Source: an uncultured Methylococcaceae bacterium
GTDB taxonomy: Bacteria; Pseudomonadota; Gammaproteobacteria; Methylococcales; Methylomonadaceae
Assembly: GCA_913056195.1 (NCBI GenBank)
Contig: CAJXMF010000001.1
Coordinates: 36,270 to 100,269 of the forward strand
DNA length: 64,000 nucleotides
Reading direction: 5' to 3'
The notes beneath the pieces were generated by a model. It searched no databases. It was not told the DNA's origin and saw only the letters and a program-made list of their open reading frames with translations. Position numbers and translations under genes: made by a program. Positions 30,847-40,399 of the stretch are shown piece after piece. Within the stretch, counting starts at the first letter, position 1; every line of letters starts with the position of its first letter.

Positions 30847-31263
30847 ATGCAAGCAACAATTAAATGGGTCGATGGCCGTATGTTTGTCGGTGAATCAGGT
30901 AGTGGTCATGCCGTAGTTATGGATGGCCCGCCGGATCATGGGGGTCGCAATATGGGAATTCGGCCTATGGAAATGATTTTATTGGGCTTAGGCGGCTGCT
31001 CGTCATTCGATGTGGTCGAAATTTTGCAGAAAGGACGTCATGATATCGTCGATTGCACGGCGGAAGTGACCGCCGAACGGGTCAATGCCGTACCTAGCGT
31101 ATTCAGTAAAATTCACCTACATTTTAAACTAAGTGGCAATGATCTGAAGCCTGCTGCCGTTGAGCGTGCGGTTAAATTATCGGCGGAAAAATATTGCTCT
31201 GCCTCTATTATGTTGTCCAATTCTGTCGACATCACGCATAGTTATGAGGTCGTTGAACAATAA
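30847..31263 (+). CDS. yhfA: OsmC-family protein YhfA
   Basis: Collinear with E. coli YhfA (KWV.G..F.GES.SGH, GGCS..DVV.ILQKGR.D.VDC, SAEKYCS, ITHSYEVV). Confidence 0.85.
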   Translation: MQATIKWVDGRMFVGESGSGHAVVMDGPPDHGGRNMGIRPMEMILLGLGGCSSFDVVEILQKGRHDIVDCTAEVTAERVNAVPSVFSKIHLHFKLSGNDLKPAAVERAVKLSAEKYCSASIMLSNSVDITHSYEVVEQ

Positions 31264-31286
31264 CGCACAGGTAGCGGAGATAAAGA

Positions 31287-32063
31287 TTGGAAAAATTACA
31301 ATTACATGGCTTTAACAATTTAACCAAGTCGTTGAGTTTTAATATTTATGATATTTGTTATGCGCCTGAAAAGCAGCAGAAAAATTACATCGAATATATC
31401 GATGAAGCTTATAACGCCGATCGATTAACGCAAATTTTAAGGGACGTCACCGAAATTATCGGTGCTAAAATCCTAAATATCGCGCATCAGGACTATGAAC
31501 CACAGGGCGCCAGCGTCACCTTGTTGATTGCTGAAGATGAGGTGATACCTTCCGGCATGTTGACAGAATCGCCCGGCCCTTTGCCTGAGGCTGTTGTAGC
31601 ACATTTAGACAAAAGCCATATTACCGTTCATACTTATCCTGAATGCCATCCGGATAATAGCATCAGCACCTTTCGTGCCGATATTGACGTCGCAACATGT
31701 GGCCAGATTTCGCCATTAAAGGCCTTGAATTATCTGATACACAGTTTTGAATCCGATATCGTTATCATGGATTATCGGGTGCGAGGGTTTACGCGCGATG
31801 TTTTTGGGCAGAAACATTTTATTGATCACAGCATCGATTCAATTCAGAACTACATTGCGGATGATACCAAGAATCGCTATCAGATGATCGATGTGAATGT
31901 GTATCAGGAATATATTTTCCATACCAAGATGATGTTAAAAGAGACGAGTCTTGAAAATTACTTGTTTGAGAAGCAAACGGCTCTGAACGAAGCAGAAAAA
32001 CAAAGGATTCAGGCACAGCTGGAAAAAGAAATGAGAGAAATATTTTATGGGCGGAATATCTGA
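31287..32063 (+). CDS. speD: S-adenosylmethionine decarboxylase proenzyme (class 1B)
   Basis: TTG start. [24 protein letters not shown] and the processing site [14 protein letters not shown] match E. coli SpeD. Confidence 0.92.
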   Translation: MEKLQLHGFNNLTKSLSFNIYDICYAPEKQQKNYIEYIDEAYNADRLTQILRDVTEIIGAKILNIAHQDYEPQGASVTLLIAEDEVIPSGMLTESPGPLPEAVVAHLDKSHITVHTYPECHPDNSISTFRADIDVATCGQISPLKALNYLIHSFESDIVIMDYRVRGFTRDVFGQKHFIDHSIDSIQNYIADDTKNRYQMIDVNVYQEYIFHTKMMLKETSLENYLFEKQTALNEAEKQRIQAQLEKEMREIFYGRNI

Positions 32064-32156
32064 TATCGAATTAGATTTATGAGCATTTCAATTGGCTAAA
32101 ATCCAATTTACGGGATTTCAGCATGCGTTTAGGCGAGTGTAAATATGAGATTTTTT

Positions 32157-32197
32157 GTAACTACTCTGCGAAGCTGAGTAGTTACGACTGGTTTTTT
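32157..32197 (+). terminator. Terminator candidate after speD
   Basis: Perfect 10-bp stem GTAACTACTC/GAGTAGTTAC. A TTTTTT run follows 6 nt downstream. Confidence 0.5.
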
Positions 32198-32433
32198 AAT
32201 TGAACAATCAGAACATATAAAATTAGCCGATATTGTATTGTTGGCGCGTTATCATAGCTTGCTTGATGGCTCATTGAAGACACAACTGCCTCCAATTACC
32301 GCATTGCCCAGTTTCTCACATTTAGAAAATGGCGCATTGACAGCGGATAAATCACTGAAGATACTGGTGGATGCACAGCAACAAGTCCGTCAGGCGATGC
32401 AAATATTCCCACAGACCCGATAAGGATAAAGCA

Positions 32434-34113
32434 ATGACCCAGAAAAAAAGAATCCTCATTATTGGCGGTGTTGCAGGTGGCGCTTCTTGTGCGGCAAGAT
32501 TACGTCGTTTATGTGAGTCGTGTGAAATCATCCTGCTTGAGAAGGGTGAATATGTTTCATTTGCCAATTGTGGCTTACCTTATTATGTCGGCAATGTGAT
32601 TACGGAACGTAAAGATCTGATTGTCGCGCCACCTGAGCGATTTGAGCAGCGTTTCAATATTCGGGTCAAAACCTGCCACGAAGTGACCGAAATCGATCGT
32701 CAGCATAGAATCATCCGAGGCAATAATCTTGCACAAGGCGGCCGCTTTGAATTGAGCTATGATGCCTTGGTGCTGGCGACCGGTGCAAATCCTGTCAAGC
32801 CGCCTTTGGCAGGCATTGATTTACCTGGAATAGGCAGCCTCAGAACCATCCCGGACAGTCAGCGCCTGAAACAGGCAGCAGAGCAAGCGCAGCACGCCGT
32901 GATTATTGGCGGCGGCTTTATTGGCCTGGAAATGATTGAAAACCTGTCAAGACAGGGGCTTCAGATTACTGTGATTGAGCGTGGCGAGCAAGTGATGTCG
33001 CCATTAGACCCGGAAATGGCCAGTTATGTTAAAAACGGTCTGGCTAACCATGCGGTGACCTTGAAACTGAATACACAGGTAACAGCATTCAGCGAGGTAA
33101 GCGATAAATTGCAGGTGCATTGTGAGCATCAAACCCTGATTGAAACCGATATGGTGTTATTGTCCATCGGTGTGAAGCCGGCATCGGCGTTGGCTCGGCA
33201 AGCCGGATTGGCTTTAGGCGATTCGGGAGGGATTCGGGTGACAGCACAACAAAGAACCAGTGATCCTGCTATCTGGGCTGTCGGTGATGTCGTTGAAAAT
33301 GAAGATACTGTATTGCATGACTATCATCCGCTTCCTTTAGCAGGACCTGCCAACCGACAAGGGCGAATCGCAGCGTCTTCAATTTTGGAGTCTTTTCACC
33401 CGTTAGCGCAAAGAAAGCAAAGTTTTCGGGGTGTGCAAGGCACGGCTGTTTGCAAAGTATTTGAATTGACCGTTGCACTGACCGGCGCTAACGAAAAAAA
33501 CTTACGACGCAACGCGATTCCGTATCAAGCCATTTATTTACATCCGGGACACCATGCCGGCTATTTTCCCGGTGCGAAACCGATTCATCTCAAGCTGTTG
33601 TATAGCCCAGGCGACGGTACAATTTTAGGTGCCCAAGCCATTGGCGAGGCCGGCGTCAGTCGCAGAATTGATGTGATTGCTATGGCCATGCAGATGGGCG
33701 GAACCGTGTTTGACCTGGAAGAGGCTGAATTATGTTATGCGCCGCAATTTGGTGCTGCAAAAGATCCTGTCAATCTGGCCGGTATGATTGCCGCTAATCA
33801 CTTGCGGCACGACCTGCAGTTGGCGGATTGGCGAGAACTTAACCTAAGCAATCATCAATTGCTGGATGTTCGATCCGAAGCGGAATATCAGACTGAACAC
33901 ATTAAACACGCTATCAATATCCCATTGGAGCAACTCAGAGAAAAATACAGTCTGTTAGCAAATGACAAGCCGGTTTGGGTCGTCTGCGGCGTCGGTCAAC
34001 GCGCCTATTATGCTGTCAGATTGTTGATGCAGCAGGGCTTTGATGTCAAAATCTTATCCGGCGGCATGCAAACCTGGCGTGCATTTTGCGATGCGGGCAT
34101 GCTTGATTACTGA
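32434..34113 (+). CDS. CoA-disulfide reductase-family flavoprotein fused to a C-terminal rhodanese domain
   Basis: The start is taken at ATG 32434 after an AAGGA RBS. IIGGVAGGASCAARL, the redox Cys in SFANCGLPYY, a second GG Rossmann motif, and a C-terminal rhodanese loop VVCGVGQRA. Confidence 0.85.
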   Translation: MTQKKRILIIGGVAGGASCAARLRRLCESCEIILLEKGEYVSFANCGLPYYVGNVITERKDLIVAPPERFEQRFNIRVKTCHEVTEIDRQHRIIRGNNLAQGGRFELSYDALVLATGANPVKPPLAGIDLPGIGSLRTIPDSQRLKQAAEQAQHAVIIGGGFIGLEMIENLSRQGLQITVIERGEQVMSPLDPEMASYVKNGLANHAVTLKLNTQVTAFSEVSDKLQVHCEHQTLIETDMVLLSIGVKPASALARQAGLALGDSGGIRVTAQQRTSDPAIWAVGDVVENEDTVLHDYHPLPLAGPANRQGRIAASSILESFHPLAQRKQSFRGVQGTAVCKVFELTVALTGANEKNLRRNAIPYQAIYLHPGHHAGYFPGAKPIHLKLLYSPGDGTILGAQAIGEAGVSRRIDVIAMAMQMGGTVFDLEEAELCYAPQFGAAKDPVNLAGMIAANHLRHDLQLADWRELNLSNHQLLDVRSEAEYQTEHIKHAINIPLEQLREKYSLLANDKPVWVVCGVGQRAYYAVRLLMQQGFDVKILSGGMQTWRAFCDAGMLDY

Positions 34114-34133
34114 ATTTCCAATACACAACCTCT

Positions 34134-34670
34134 ATGTCATTACAAGATCAACTTTTAAAAGCCGGCCTGGTCAATCAGCACAAAGCCAAACAAGTGAAGA
34201 CACAAAAGCGCAAACAGGCCAAGCAGAAAAATAAATCAGCCGATCAGACAGAAGCGCAACGGCTTGCGCAAGAGGCGCGCGTCAAGCAAATCGAAAAGGA
34301 TCGGCAATTCAATCAACAGCGTAATCAGGAATCTGAAAAACGCCAACAAGCCAATCAGATTGCGCAGTTGATTGAAACCAACAAGCTTGCCCACGACGAA
34401 GATGGCATCCCCTATCGCTTTACCGATGAAAATAAAGTCAAGGCGCTTTATGTCAGCGAGACGATTCGGCAAAAGATTATCTCAGGTAGGCTGGCTATCG
34501 TCAGAGCAGGTCAACGTTATGAGGTTGTTGCTTCAGAAGTCGCCGAGAAAATTCGCCAATGTGATGCCTCTGTGGTCGTGGTATTGTTTGATAATAGCGA
34601 ACAGAAATCAAATGATGACGAAGATGATCCGTATAAAGATTATCAAATTCCCGATGATTTGATGTGGTAG
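34134..34670 (+). CDS. yaiL: DUF2058 (YaiL-like) protein
   Basis: MSLQDQLLKAGLV N-terminus, a Lys/Gln-rich middle and an acidic C-tail DDEDDPYKDYQIPDDLMW. Confidence 0.65.
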   Translation: MSLQDQLLKAGLVNQHKAKQVKTQKRKQAKQKNKSADQTEAQRLAQEARVKQIEKDRQFNQQRNQESEKRQQANQIAQLIETNKLAHDEDGIPYRFTDENKVKALYVSETIRQKIISGRLAIVRAGQRYEVVASEVAEKIRQCDASVVVVLFDNSEQKSNDDEDDPYKDYQIPDDLMW

Positions 34671-34710
34671 CCGATGTTGTTGACAAAGGCCTGTCGGTCA
34701 TTATTAATAC

Positions 34711-34742
34711 AAAAAAGGCGCACCATCAAGATGCGCCTTTTT
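34711..34742. terminator. Bidirectional intrinsic terminator between convergent genes
   Basis: An A run, then AGGCGCA-loop-TGCGCCT, then a T run. Confidence 0.7.
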
Positions 34743-34789
34743 GTATGAATGATGTTCCGTTTTTGGAACGTATTTAGATACTTAAAAGC

Positions 34790-35392
34790 TTACAGCTTGT
34801 CAGCATTGTCAGCCAGGTACTGAGCAACACCATCAGGACTTGCGTCCATACCCGATTCGCCTTTATGCCAACCGGCGGGGCACACTTCGCCATGTTCTTC
34901 GTAGAACTGTAAGGCATCAACCATACGCAGCATTTCATCCATGTTACGGCCTAATGGCAGGTCGTTGACAACCTGATGGCGGACAACGCCGTTCTGATCG
35001 ATCAGGAAGCTGCCACGGAAAGCGACGCCGCCTTCAGATTCAACATCGTAGTTTTTGCAAATTTCATGGGTGATATCAGCCGCCATGGTGTAACGGACAG
35101 GACCAATACCCCCTTCATTGACAGGTGTATTACGCCATGCGTTATGGGTGAAATGAGAGTCGATAGAAACAGTGATGACTTCAACACCACGGCTTTTGAA
35201 TTCATCAATACGATGATCCAATGCGATCAATTCACTTGGACATACAAAGGTAAAATCCAGTGGATAGAAAACAATAACCGCATATTTACCACGAGTTGCT
35301 TCAGCAAAGTTGAATGAATCAACAATCTGGCCGTCACCTAAGACTGCGGGAACGGTAAAATCAGGGGCGGGTTTACCTACTAGAACGCTCAT
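34790..35392 (-). CDS. Typical 2-Cys peroxiredoxin (AhpC/Prx1 subfamily)
   Basis: Peroxidatic motif DFTFVCPSEL and resolving Cys in EVCPAGW; 200 aa. Confidence 0.9.
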   Translation of the reverse strand: MSVLVGKPAPDFTVPAVLGDGQIVDSFNFAEATRGKYAVIVFYPLDFTFVCPSELIALDHRIDEFKSRGVEVITVSIDSHFTHNAWRNTPVNEGGIGPVRYTMAADITHEICKNYDVESEGGVAFRGSFLIDQNGVVRHQVVNDLPLGRNMDEMLRMVDALQFYEEHGEVCPAGWHKGESGMDASPDGVAQYLADNADKL

Positions 35393-35643
35393 TTACTCTC
35401 TCCGATTATTTTTACAAAACAATGATTTACAGCATATTCGCATAAACATCTGTATGCGATTCAAATATTCTACACCAAAATAGTAGGGATTAGCGCACAA
35501 AATATCAACTTTTACTTGATTATTTTCATTTTTTGGCGATAATTTGTAGTCAATAAATTACATAAATAGCAATTTAAGTCAGTTGCTTCTATTTAACATC
35601 GTCAACCCAAGGTGGTTGTTATTATAAAAAAGACATAAATACT

Positions 35644-36156
35644 ATGGCAAAAGTAAAACATATTACTGAGCCGGATGCGTTCGGCTATCAAGTTCGAATC
35701 GTAAGGCGTGGAAAAGAAAACAGTCGCTACTTTTCACATAAACTGTGGGGGAACAAAAACAAATCCCTGCAAGCGGCAATCGCCTGGCGCGATCAAATGC
35801 TCGTGGTTTTAAAAGGGAGCCGAACACGCTTTTTAAAGCCGCCTAAAAACAAAACCACAACCGGGATAACCGGTGTCTCCAGAACCATCAAATATGATCA
35901 TCGTAAAGATAAAAGCTATCTTTGCTATACCGTTTTCTGGGTAAAGGACAATAAATCGCGCAATAAGACCTTTCAGGTCGGGAATGTCGAAACGGTTACC
36001 GCAGACGACGAACTGCACGCCTTTAGAACCGCCCGTTTATTCCGCCATTGCTACGAACATGCCATCGATCACGATTTACCCTTTGATGACAGTGTCTTTG
36101 CAGGCTGGAAGAAAAAGCGCCTGTACGAAGATGCAGCGCTGAATGCGGTATATTAA
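35644..36156 (+). CDS. AP2/ERF-like DNA-binding domain protein (two AP2-like units)
   Basis: FGYQVRIVRRGKENSRYFSHKLWGNKNKSLQAAIAWRD fits the bacterial AP2 pattern G-[YW]-x-V-R...GK...FS...G...AL..A...RD. A second unit starts at GITGVSR. Confidence 0.5.
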   Translation: MAKVKHITEPDAFGYQVRIVRRGKENSRYFSHKLWGNKNKSLQAAIAWRDQMLVVLKGSRTRFLKPPKNKTTTGITGVSRTIKYDHRKDKSYLCYTVFWVKDNKSRNKTFQVGNVETVTADDELHAFRTARLFRHCYEHAIDHDLPFDDSVFAGWKKKRLYEDAALNAVY

Positions 36157-36311
36157 CTAAGATAGTAATCCTGAACAGGAGCGATGCGCGGACAAAGACA
36201 GGCGTCACAGATACCATACCATCTGCCTGTTTTTCATTTCGACTTTGATTTACACGGCATCGCTGTCATGCCGAGTCCATGTATTATGATGTGTGCATTT
36301 TTGTAAGCGCA

Positions 36312-37493
36312 TTATGTGGATTTTTCAGATCGTAAATAATTAACCCACTGGCGGGCGGTTTTTTGCTGTTTGCGATATTTTTCCGCCCGCTGAAAGGCCT
36401 TAAGCGCGGCCTGCCGGTGACCCGCCTCATACTGGCTGATGCCTAACAACACATAAGCCTGACCAGGATGTCTTAGTCGGCCTTTTTGTAAAGCCTTTTG
36501 GGCGGCTACGATGGCTTTCGGCCAGTTTTCCTGTTCAACATAAATTTGCGCCAATTGCAGATAAAGTTTGCCTTTCGGACTCAGCGCTGACGCTTTATTG
36601 AGCGCGGTGATAGCCAAATCGGATTCTTTGGCCATTTGCCAGATATTAGCCAGGGTTTCCCAGTTTTTCGCTGTCTGCCGGATACTGCCATTTTTAAAGC
36701 CTTGTTGCAGCAGTCTGCCGGCTTTATAGGGATCGCCGATATAGCTGATGAGGTTGATGAGGTTCAACTGTTCTTTTTCGCTTCTTAAGTGTCCGCTCAA
36801 GTAACGTAAATATTGTACACTGGCCGCTTTTTTATAGTGCTTGAGTTGCTGTAGAACTGATGCGTATTGCGCCCAATAGGTATCATTGTCAGGGTACAAC
36901 TGCATCAGTTTTTTCAAAAGTCTGGCGGCACTGCGATAATCATCCAATTCATAATAGAGCGCTAGGTTCAGTTGATACCAGGTTTGCTGGGGCTTTTTGC
37001 TTTGCTGAATGGCGCGTTTAATATGCGGTAAGGCGTTGCGGTATTGTTTGAGCTGCGCGTAAGCATTGGCCAGCATCGCCTCGGTTTCGGCGTCGAGATG
37101 GCGGGTTTGGGGGAATGTCTTAATCGCCAGTGCATATTGCTCGGTCGCCATATACAGCTGAGCCAGATTAAGCCGGGCTTGCAGGGTTTGTTCGAGCGGC
37201 AAGGCATTCAGCGCCAAGGCTTGTTTGAGCGTGTTGGCCGCAAGACGATAGTTTTCCTGCAAGGCATACAGCGAAGAGAGTGAGCGCAAAACGACAGCTC
37301 TCTCGTAACCATCGACATTTTTTAGCAATTGTTTAAGCGCTTGTCTGGCATTTGAGTAAGCCTTTTTGCCAATCTGTTTTTCAACCTGAGATAATTTTTT
37401 ATACACAAAAGGCGAAACAGAGGGCGCTTTTTGCTTTGCGGCAACGCTATTGAAAGCGATAAAAAAGACTAGCAGTAACAGCCGGATGCTCAT
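36312..37493 (-). CDS. Tetratricopeptide-repeat protein (TtpD-like member of the TonB2-type cluster)
   Basis: Signal peptide and repeated TPR-like A/Y/L periodicity. Overlaps the tonB stop by 4 nt. Confidence 0.7.
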   Translation of the reverse strand: MSIRLLLLVFFIAFNSVAAKQKAPSVSPFVYKKLSQVEKQIGKKAYSNARQALKQLLKNVDGYERAVVLRSLSSLYALQENYRLAANTLKQALALNALPLEQTLQARLNLAQLYMATEQYALAIKTFPQTRHLDAETEAMLANAYAQLKQYRNALPHIKRAIQQSKKPQQTWYQLNLALYYELDDYRSAARLLKKLMQLYPDNDTYWAQYASVLQQLKHYKKAASVQYLRYLSGHLRSEKEQLNLINLISYIGDPYKAGRLLQQGFKNGSIRQTAKNWETLANIWQMAKESDLAITALNKASALSPKGKLYLQLAQIYVEQENWPKAIVAAQKALQKGRLRHPGQAYVLLGISQYEAGHRQAALKAFQRAEKYRKQQKTARQWVNYLRSEKST

Positions 37494-38131
37494 TTTTTTA
37501 ATTTGAATTTGAGGGTTTGTACCGCACGTTGTTCAAAAGCAACGCCGTCGATAATTTTAGGTTTAAACTTCCATCTACGAATGGCTTTCAATGCGGCGCG
37601 ATCAAAAATATTGGGCGGCTGTGAAGCCACAACAACAGGGTCTTTGACCGTGCCTTGTTCGGTTATGGTAAATTCAATTTTTACCCAGCCTTCAATTTTT
37701 CGCCGCGCAGCACGCATGGGGTAGCGCGGTGGAATTCTGACCAGCGGAATGACGTTGGTGCTGATTTTTCCTTGTCCCATTTGCACCCCGGCTACGACAG
37801 AGCCGGCAAAGCGACCACTATTCAATGGAATATTCAATGCCGGCATATTCATCTGCAGCGACGTGGCCTGAGGATTGATGGCATTGCTTTGAACCGTGTT
37901 GACGACCGGCTGCGGAGGTGGTGGTTGTTTTTCAGGCGGTGGCTCTTTTAGTTTACGTTGTTTAATCTGCGGCGGCTTGCTGTCTTTTTTCAGACGAACA
38001 AATTCTGTCATCTGCAAATCGATGACTTTTTGCTTTTTGTGGTGGTCGGTTTCGATCATCCATTGCATGAGCCAAAATACGGCAAATGCCAGAATCAGGC
38101 TAAGGCCTAAGGCAAGTAACAGACGTTTCAC
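37490..38131 (-). CDS. tonB: Energy transducer TonB
   Basis: N-terminal TM, a Pro-rich spacer KEPPPEKQPPPPQP and a C-terminal domain YPMRAARRKIEGWVKIEFTITEQGTV. Confidence 0.85.
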   Translation of the reverse strand: MKRLLLALGLSLILAFAVFWLMQWMIETDHHKKQKVIDLQMTEFVRLKKDSKPPQIKQRKLKEPPPEKQPPPPQPVVNTVQSNAINPQATSLQMNMPALNIPLNSGRFAGSVVAGVQMGQGKISTNVIPLVRIPPRYPMRAARRKIEGWVKIEFTITEQGTVKDPVVVASQPPNIFDRAALKAIRRWKFKPKIIDGVAFEQRAVQTLKFKLKK

Positions 38132-38541
38132 GGGCTGCCGACCTCAGTTGCAATGGCTGCATTGGTGATGCCCGCCAGACGGACTTGATCCATGACTTGC
38201 GTCAGCCGGTCTACCGTGGCGTTTTTGTCCGCGGCGATGATGACCGAGCCGAGCGGATTTTCCGCATGCAAACGGGCAACATTAGCTCTGACGGCCCGAA
38301 TATCCACTTGTCGTTTATCAATCCACACATCGCCATTGGCCTTGATGGCAACGATAATATGGCCATGTTCTTTGCGGGTTGCAGTTTGCGCCGTCGGACG
38401 ATTCACGTCGATACCGGATTCTTTGACAAAGGATGTGGTGACGATGAAAAAGATGAGCATGATGAAGACAATGTCCAACATCGGTGTCATGTCGATGTCG
38501 GCATTTTGTTCACCATTGGAACGATAAGATTTACGACGCAT
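38128..38541 (-). CDS. exbD: Biopolymer transporter ExbD/TolR
   Basis: 137 aa. DMTPMLDIVFIMLIFFIV TM followed by an ExbD periplasmic domain pattern. Confidence 0.9.
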   Translation of the reverse strand: MRRKSYRSNGEQNADIDMTPMLDIVFIMLIFFIVTTSFVKESGIDVNRPTAQTATRKEHGHIIVAIKANGDVWIDKRQVDIRAVRANVARLHAENPLGSVIIAADKNATVDRLTQVMDQVRLAGITNAAIATEVGSP

Positions 38542-38546
38542 AAGGA

Positions 38547-39071
38547 TCAGTGGGTTTGCAGGGAATCGGTTAAGTGATGGGTTTCGTCATCAATGCGCTG
38601 CTCGAGCAAGCGGTTGAAATACAAACCGCCAATGGCAATCACCATACCCGCCATCGTGGTAATCGTGGCCTGGGAGATGCCGGCGGCCATGGCTCTGGGG
38701 TTGCCATTTCCAGTGATAGCCATGGTGTCAAAAACATGAATCATGCCCGTCACGGTGCCCAATAAACCCAGCAGTGGGCTTATTGCCGTCAGCATTTTGA
38801 TGATCGGCATGGTTTTGCGCATATCCACCACCGCCTGGGAAATCAGGTAACGACGGAAATAACGGGCATACGGCGATTTTTTATCGTGCCGCTGCTGCCA
38901 GCTTTTTAAATAGTGCTGATAACGTTTTGGATAATCAAGTTTGAAAAATAAAAGGCGCTCAATAATCAAAAACCATAACAGAACGGACACCCATAAAATC
39001 ACGGACAGGATGATACCGCCGGCTTGTAAAAATTCACGAATCAATTCAATTTGTTCAAACATAAACTGCAT
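38547..39071 (-). CDS. exbB: MotA/TolQ/ExbB proton-channel protein
   Basis: 174 aa. ISPLLGLLGTVTGMIHVF and the downstream A.GI..A...T..G motif. Confidence 0.9.
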   Translation of the reverse strand: MQFMFEQIELIREFLQAGGIILSVILWVSVLLWFLIIERLLFFKLDYPKRYQHYLKSWQQRHDKKSPYARYFRRYLISQAVVDMRKTMPIIKMLTAISPLLGLLGTVTGMIHVFDTMAITGNGNPRAMAAGISQATITTMAGMVIAIGGLYFNRLLEQRIDDETHHLTDSLQTH

Positions 39072-40399
39072 TATTTTCCCAGTCTGCGGGTGATGATACC
39101 CGCGCTTTGTTCGTCAAGAACCTGGACCAATACACGACTGCGCGCGACCATCAGGCTATGTAAAAACAATAAAGGGATGGCAACGCATAAGCCCAGCATC
39201 GTCGTGACCAAGGCTTGAGAAATACCACTGGCCATCAATTTTGGGTCGCCGGTGCCAAACAAACTGATGGCCTGAAAGGTGGCAATCATGCCGGTCACGG
39301 TGCCGAGCAGCCCGAGCAGTGGCGCCACAGCAGTCACTAATTTAACCAACGACAGTCCTTTTTCCAGTTCCGGCACTTCGCGGGTCAGCGCTTCATCGAG
39401 AATCAGTTCCAGCGTTTCGGTATCTTCGTGCTTATTTTGTTCGATCATTTGCAAAATACGGCCAAGCGGGTTGTCATCGCGCACTTCTTCGCTCTGCAGC
39501 TGTTGCTCTATTTTTTTGCCAATCAGCCCGAGCATCAGCAGACGATACAAGGCATAAAGCAAGCCGAAGGCACCAAGCCCCAGAATGATATAACCAATAA
39601 TGCCGCCTTGATTGATGCGCTCAACAACATTGGGTTCTTGCACCAGCATGCTGAGGATGACGCCGCGGGTCGGATCAATGCCTAAGGCAACCGGGCCTGT
39701 TTTAGCCTGGATAAATTGTTTGGCCAGATCGATATATTTATCATCTGGTTGCCGGGCTAATTCGATCAAGCGGTGAATATCGTGATCGTATTGTAAATAA
39801 TGCCCATTCGAGGCCAGAACATTGAAGGCACCGATACGATAAACCTTGGTGGAATGGGTTTCACCACTTGCCGTTTGTATGTCGCTGTCGAAATAAACCA
39901 CTTCGCCGGCTTCGGTCATTTCCTGTTGCAGCAAAAACCACAGTTCTTCGAGTTGTGTAATGGTGGGCAAGGCTTTGCTGTCGGCCAGTTGTTTCAGTCT
40001 TTCCGAGCGGCCAGGCAGCTGCGCCGAAATCACAGAATGCGATAAGTCAACAGCTAAATCACCTGCGGCTTGTCGCGCCACGCCAAATAATTCGCCCAGT
40101 TCGCCGCTGCGGTCTTTCAGTTGGCTTTCCAGCCCGGCCAAACGTTTTTCATTTTCTTCCAACTGTGCCTTGAGTTTCTGGCTCAAGGATTTTTGATCAT
40201 TCAGCTGTGCCTGAGCCTGGTTCAGCAATGCCTGCTGCTGAGTCTTTTCTGCCAAAAAATGGGCTTCACGTTGCCGATTTATTTTGGCTTCGCTGCTGTG
40301 TTCCCTCTTTACTTTTTGCAGTAACTGATCCAGATCCAGATGTTTGGCCGAGGCGGACAGGGTTAACACATTGAGGACAATAAAAAGGATAATTTTCAT
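39071..40399 (-). CDS. Large MotA/TolQ/ExbB-family protein with N-terminal periplasmic coiled coil (TtpC-like)
   Basis: 442 aa with a signal peptide, a long Q/E/K-rich coiled coil and a C-terminal ExbB core VAPLLGLLGTVTGMIATF. Confidence 0.85.
   Translation of the reverse strand: MKIILFIVLNVLTLSASAKHLDLDQLLQKVKREHSSEAKINRQREAHFLAEKTQQQALLNQAQAQLNDQKSLSQKLKAQLEENEKRLAGLESQLKDRSGELGELFGVARQAAGDLAVDLSHSVISAQLPGRSERLKQLADSKALPTITQLEELWFLLQQEMTEAGEVVYFDSDIQTASGETHSTKVYRIGAFNVLASNGHYLQYDHDIHRLIELARQPDDKYIDLAKQFIQAKTGPVALGIDPTRGVILSMLVQEPNVVERINQGGIIGYIILGLGAFGLLYALYRLLMLGLIGKKIEQQLQSEEVRDDNPLGRILQMIEQNKHEDTETLELILDEALTREVPELEKGLSLVKLVTAVAPLLGLLGTVTGMIATFQAISLFGTGDPKLMASGISQALVTTMLGLCVAIPLLFLHSLMVARSRVLVQVLDEQSAGIITRRLGK

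Noticed and set aside
32238-32423. 61-aa ORF in the long gap between speD and the CoADR-rhodanese gene
   Set aside because: It has a non-ATG start, no convincing RBS and no recognisable domain. It could be a gene remnant, but I cannot support a call.
39071-40399. Large MotA-like protein with a long coiled coil, considered as a Zorya ZorA-like defence component
   Set aside because: Its neighbours are ExbB, ExbD, TonB, DUF3450 and TPR genes with overlapping junctions, which is the TonB2/Ttp layout. There is no ZorB (OmpA-like), ZorC or ZorD gene.
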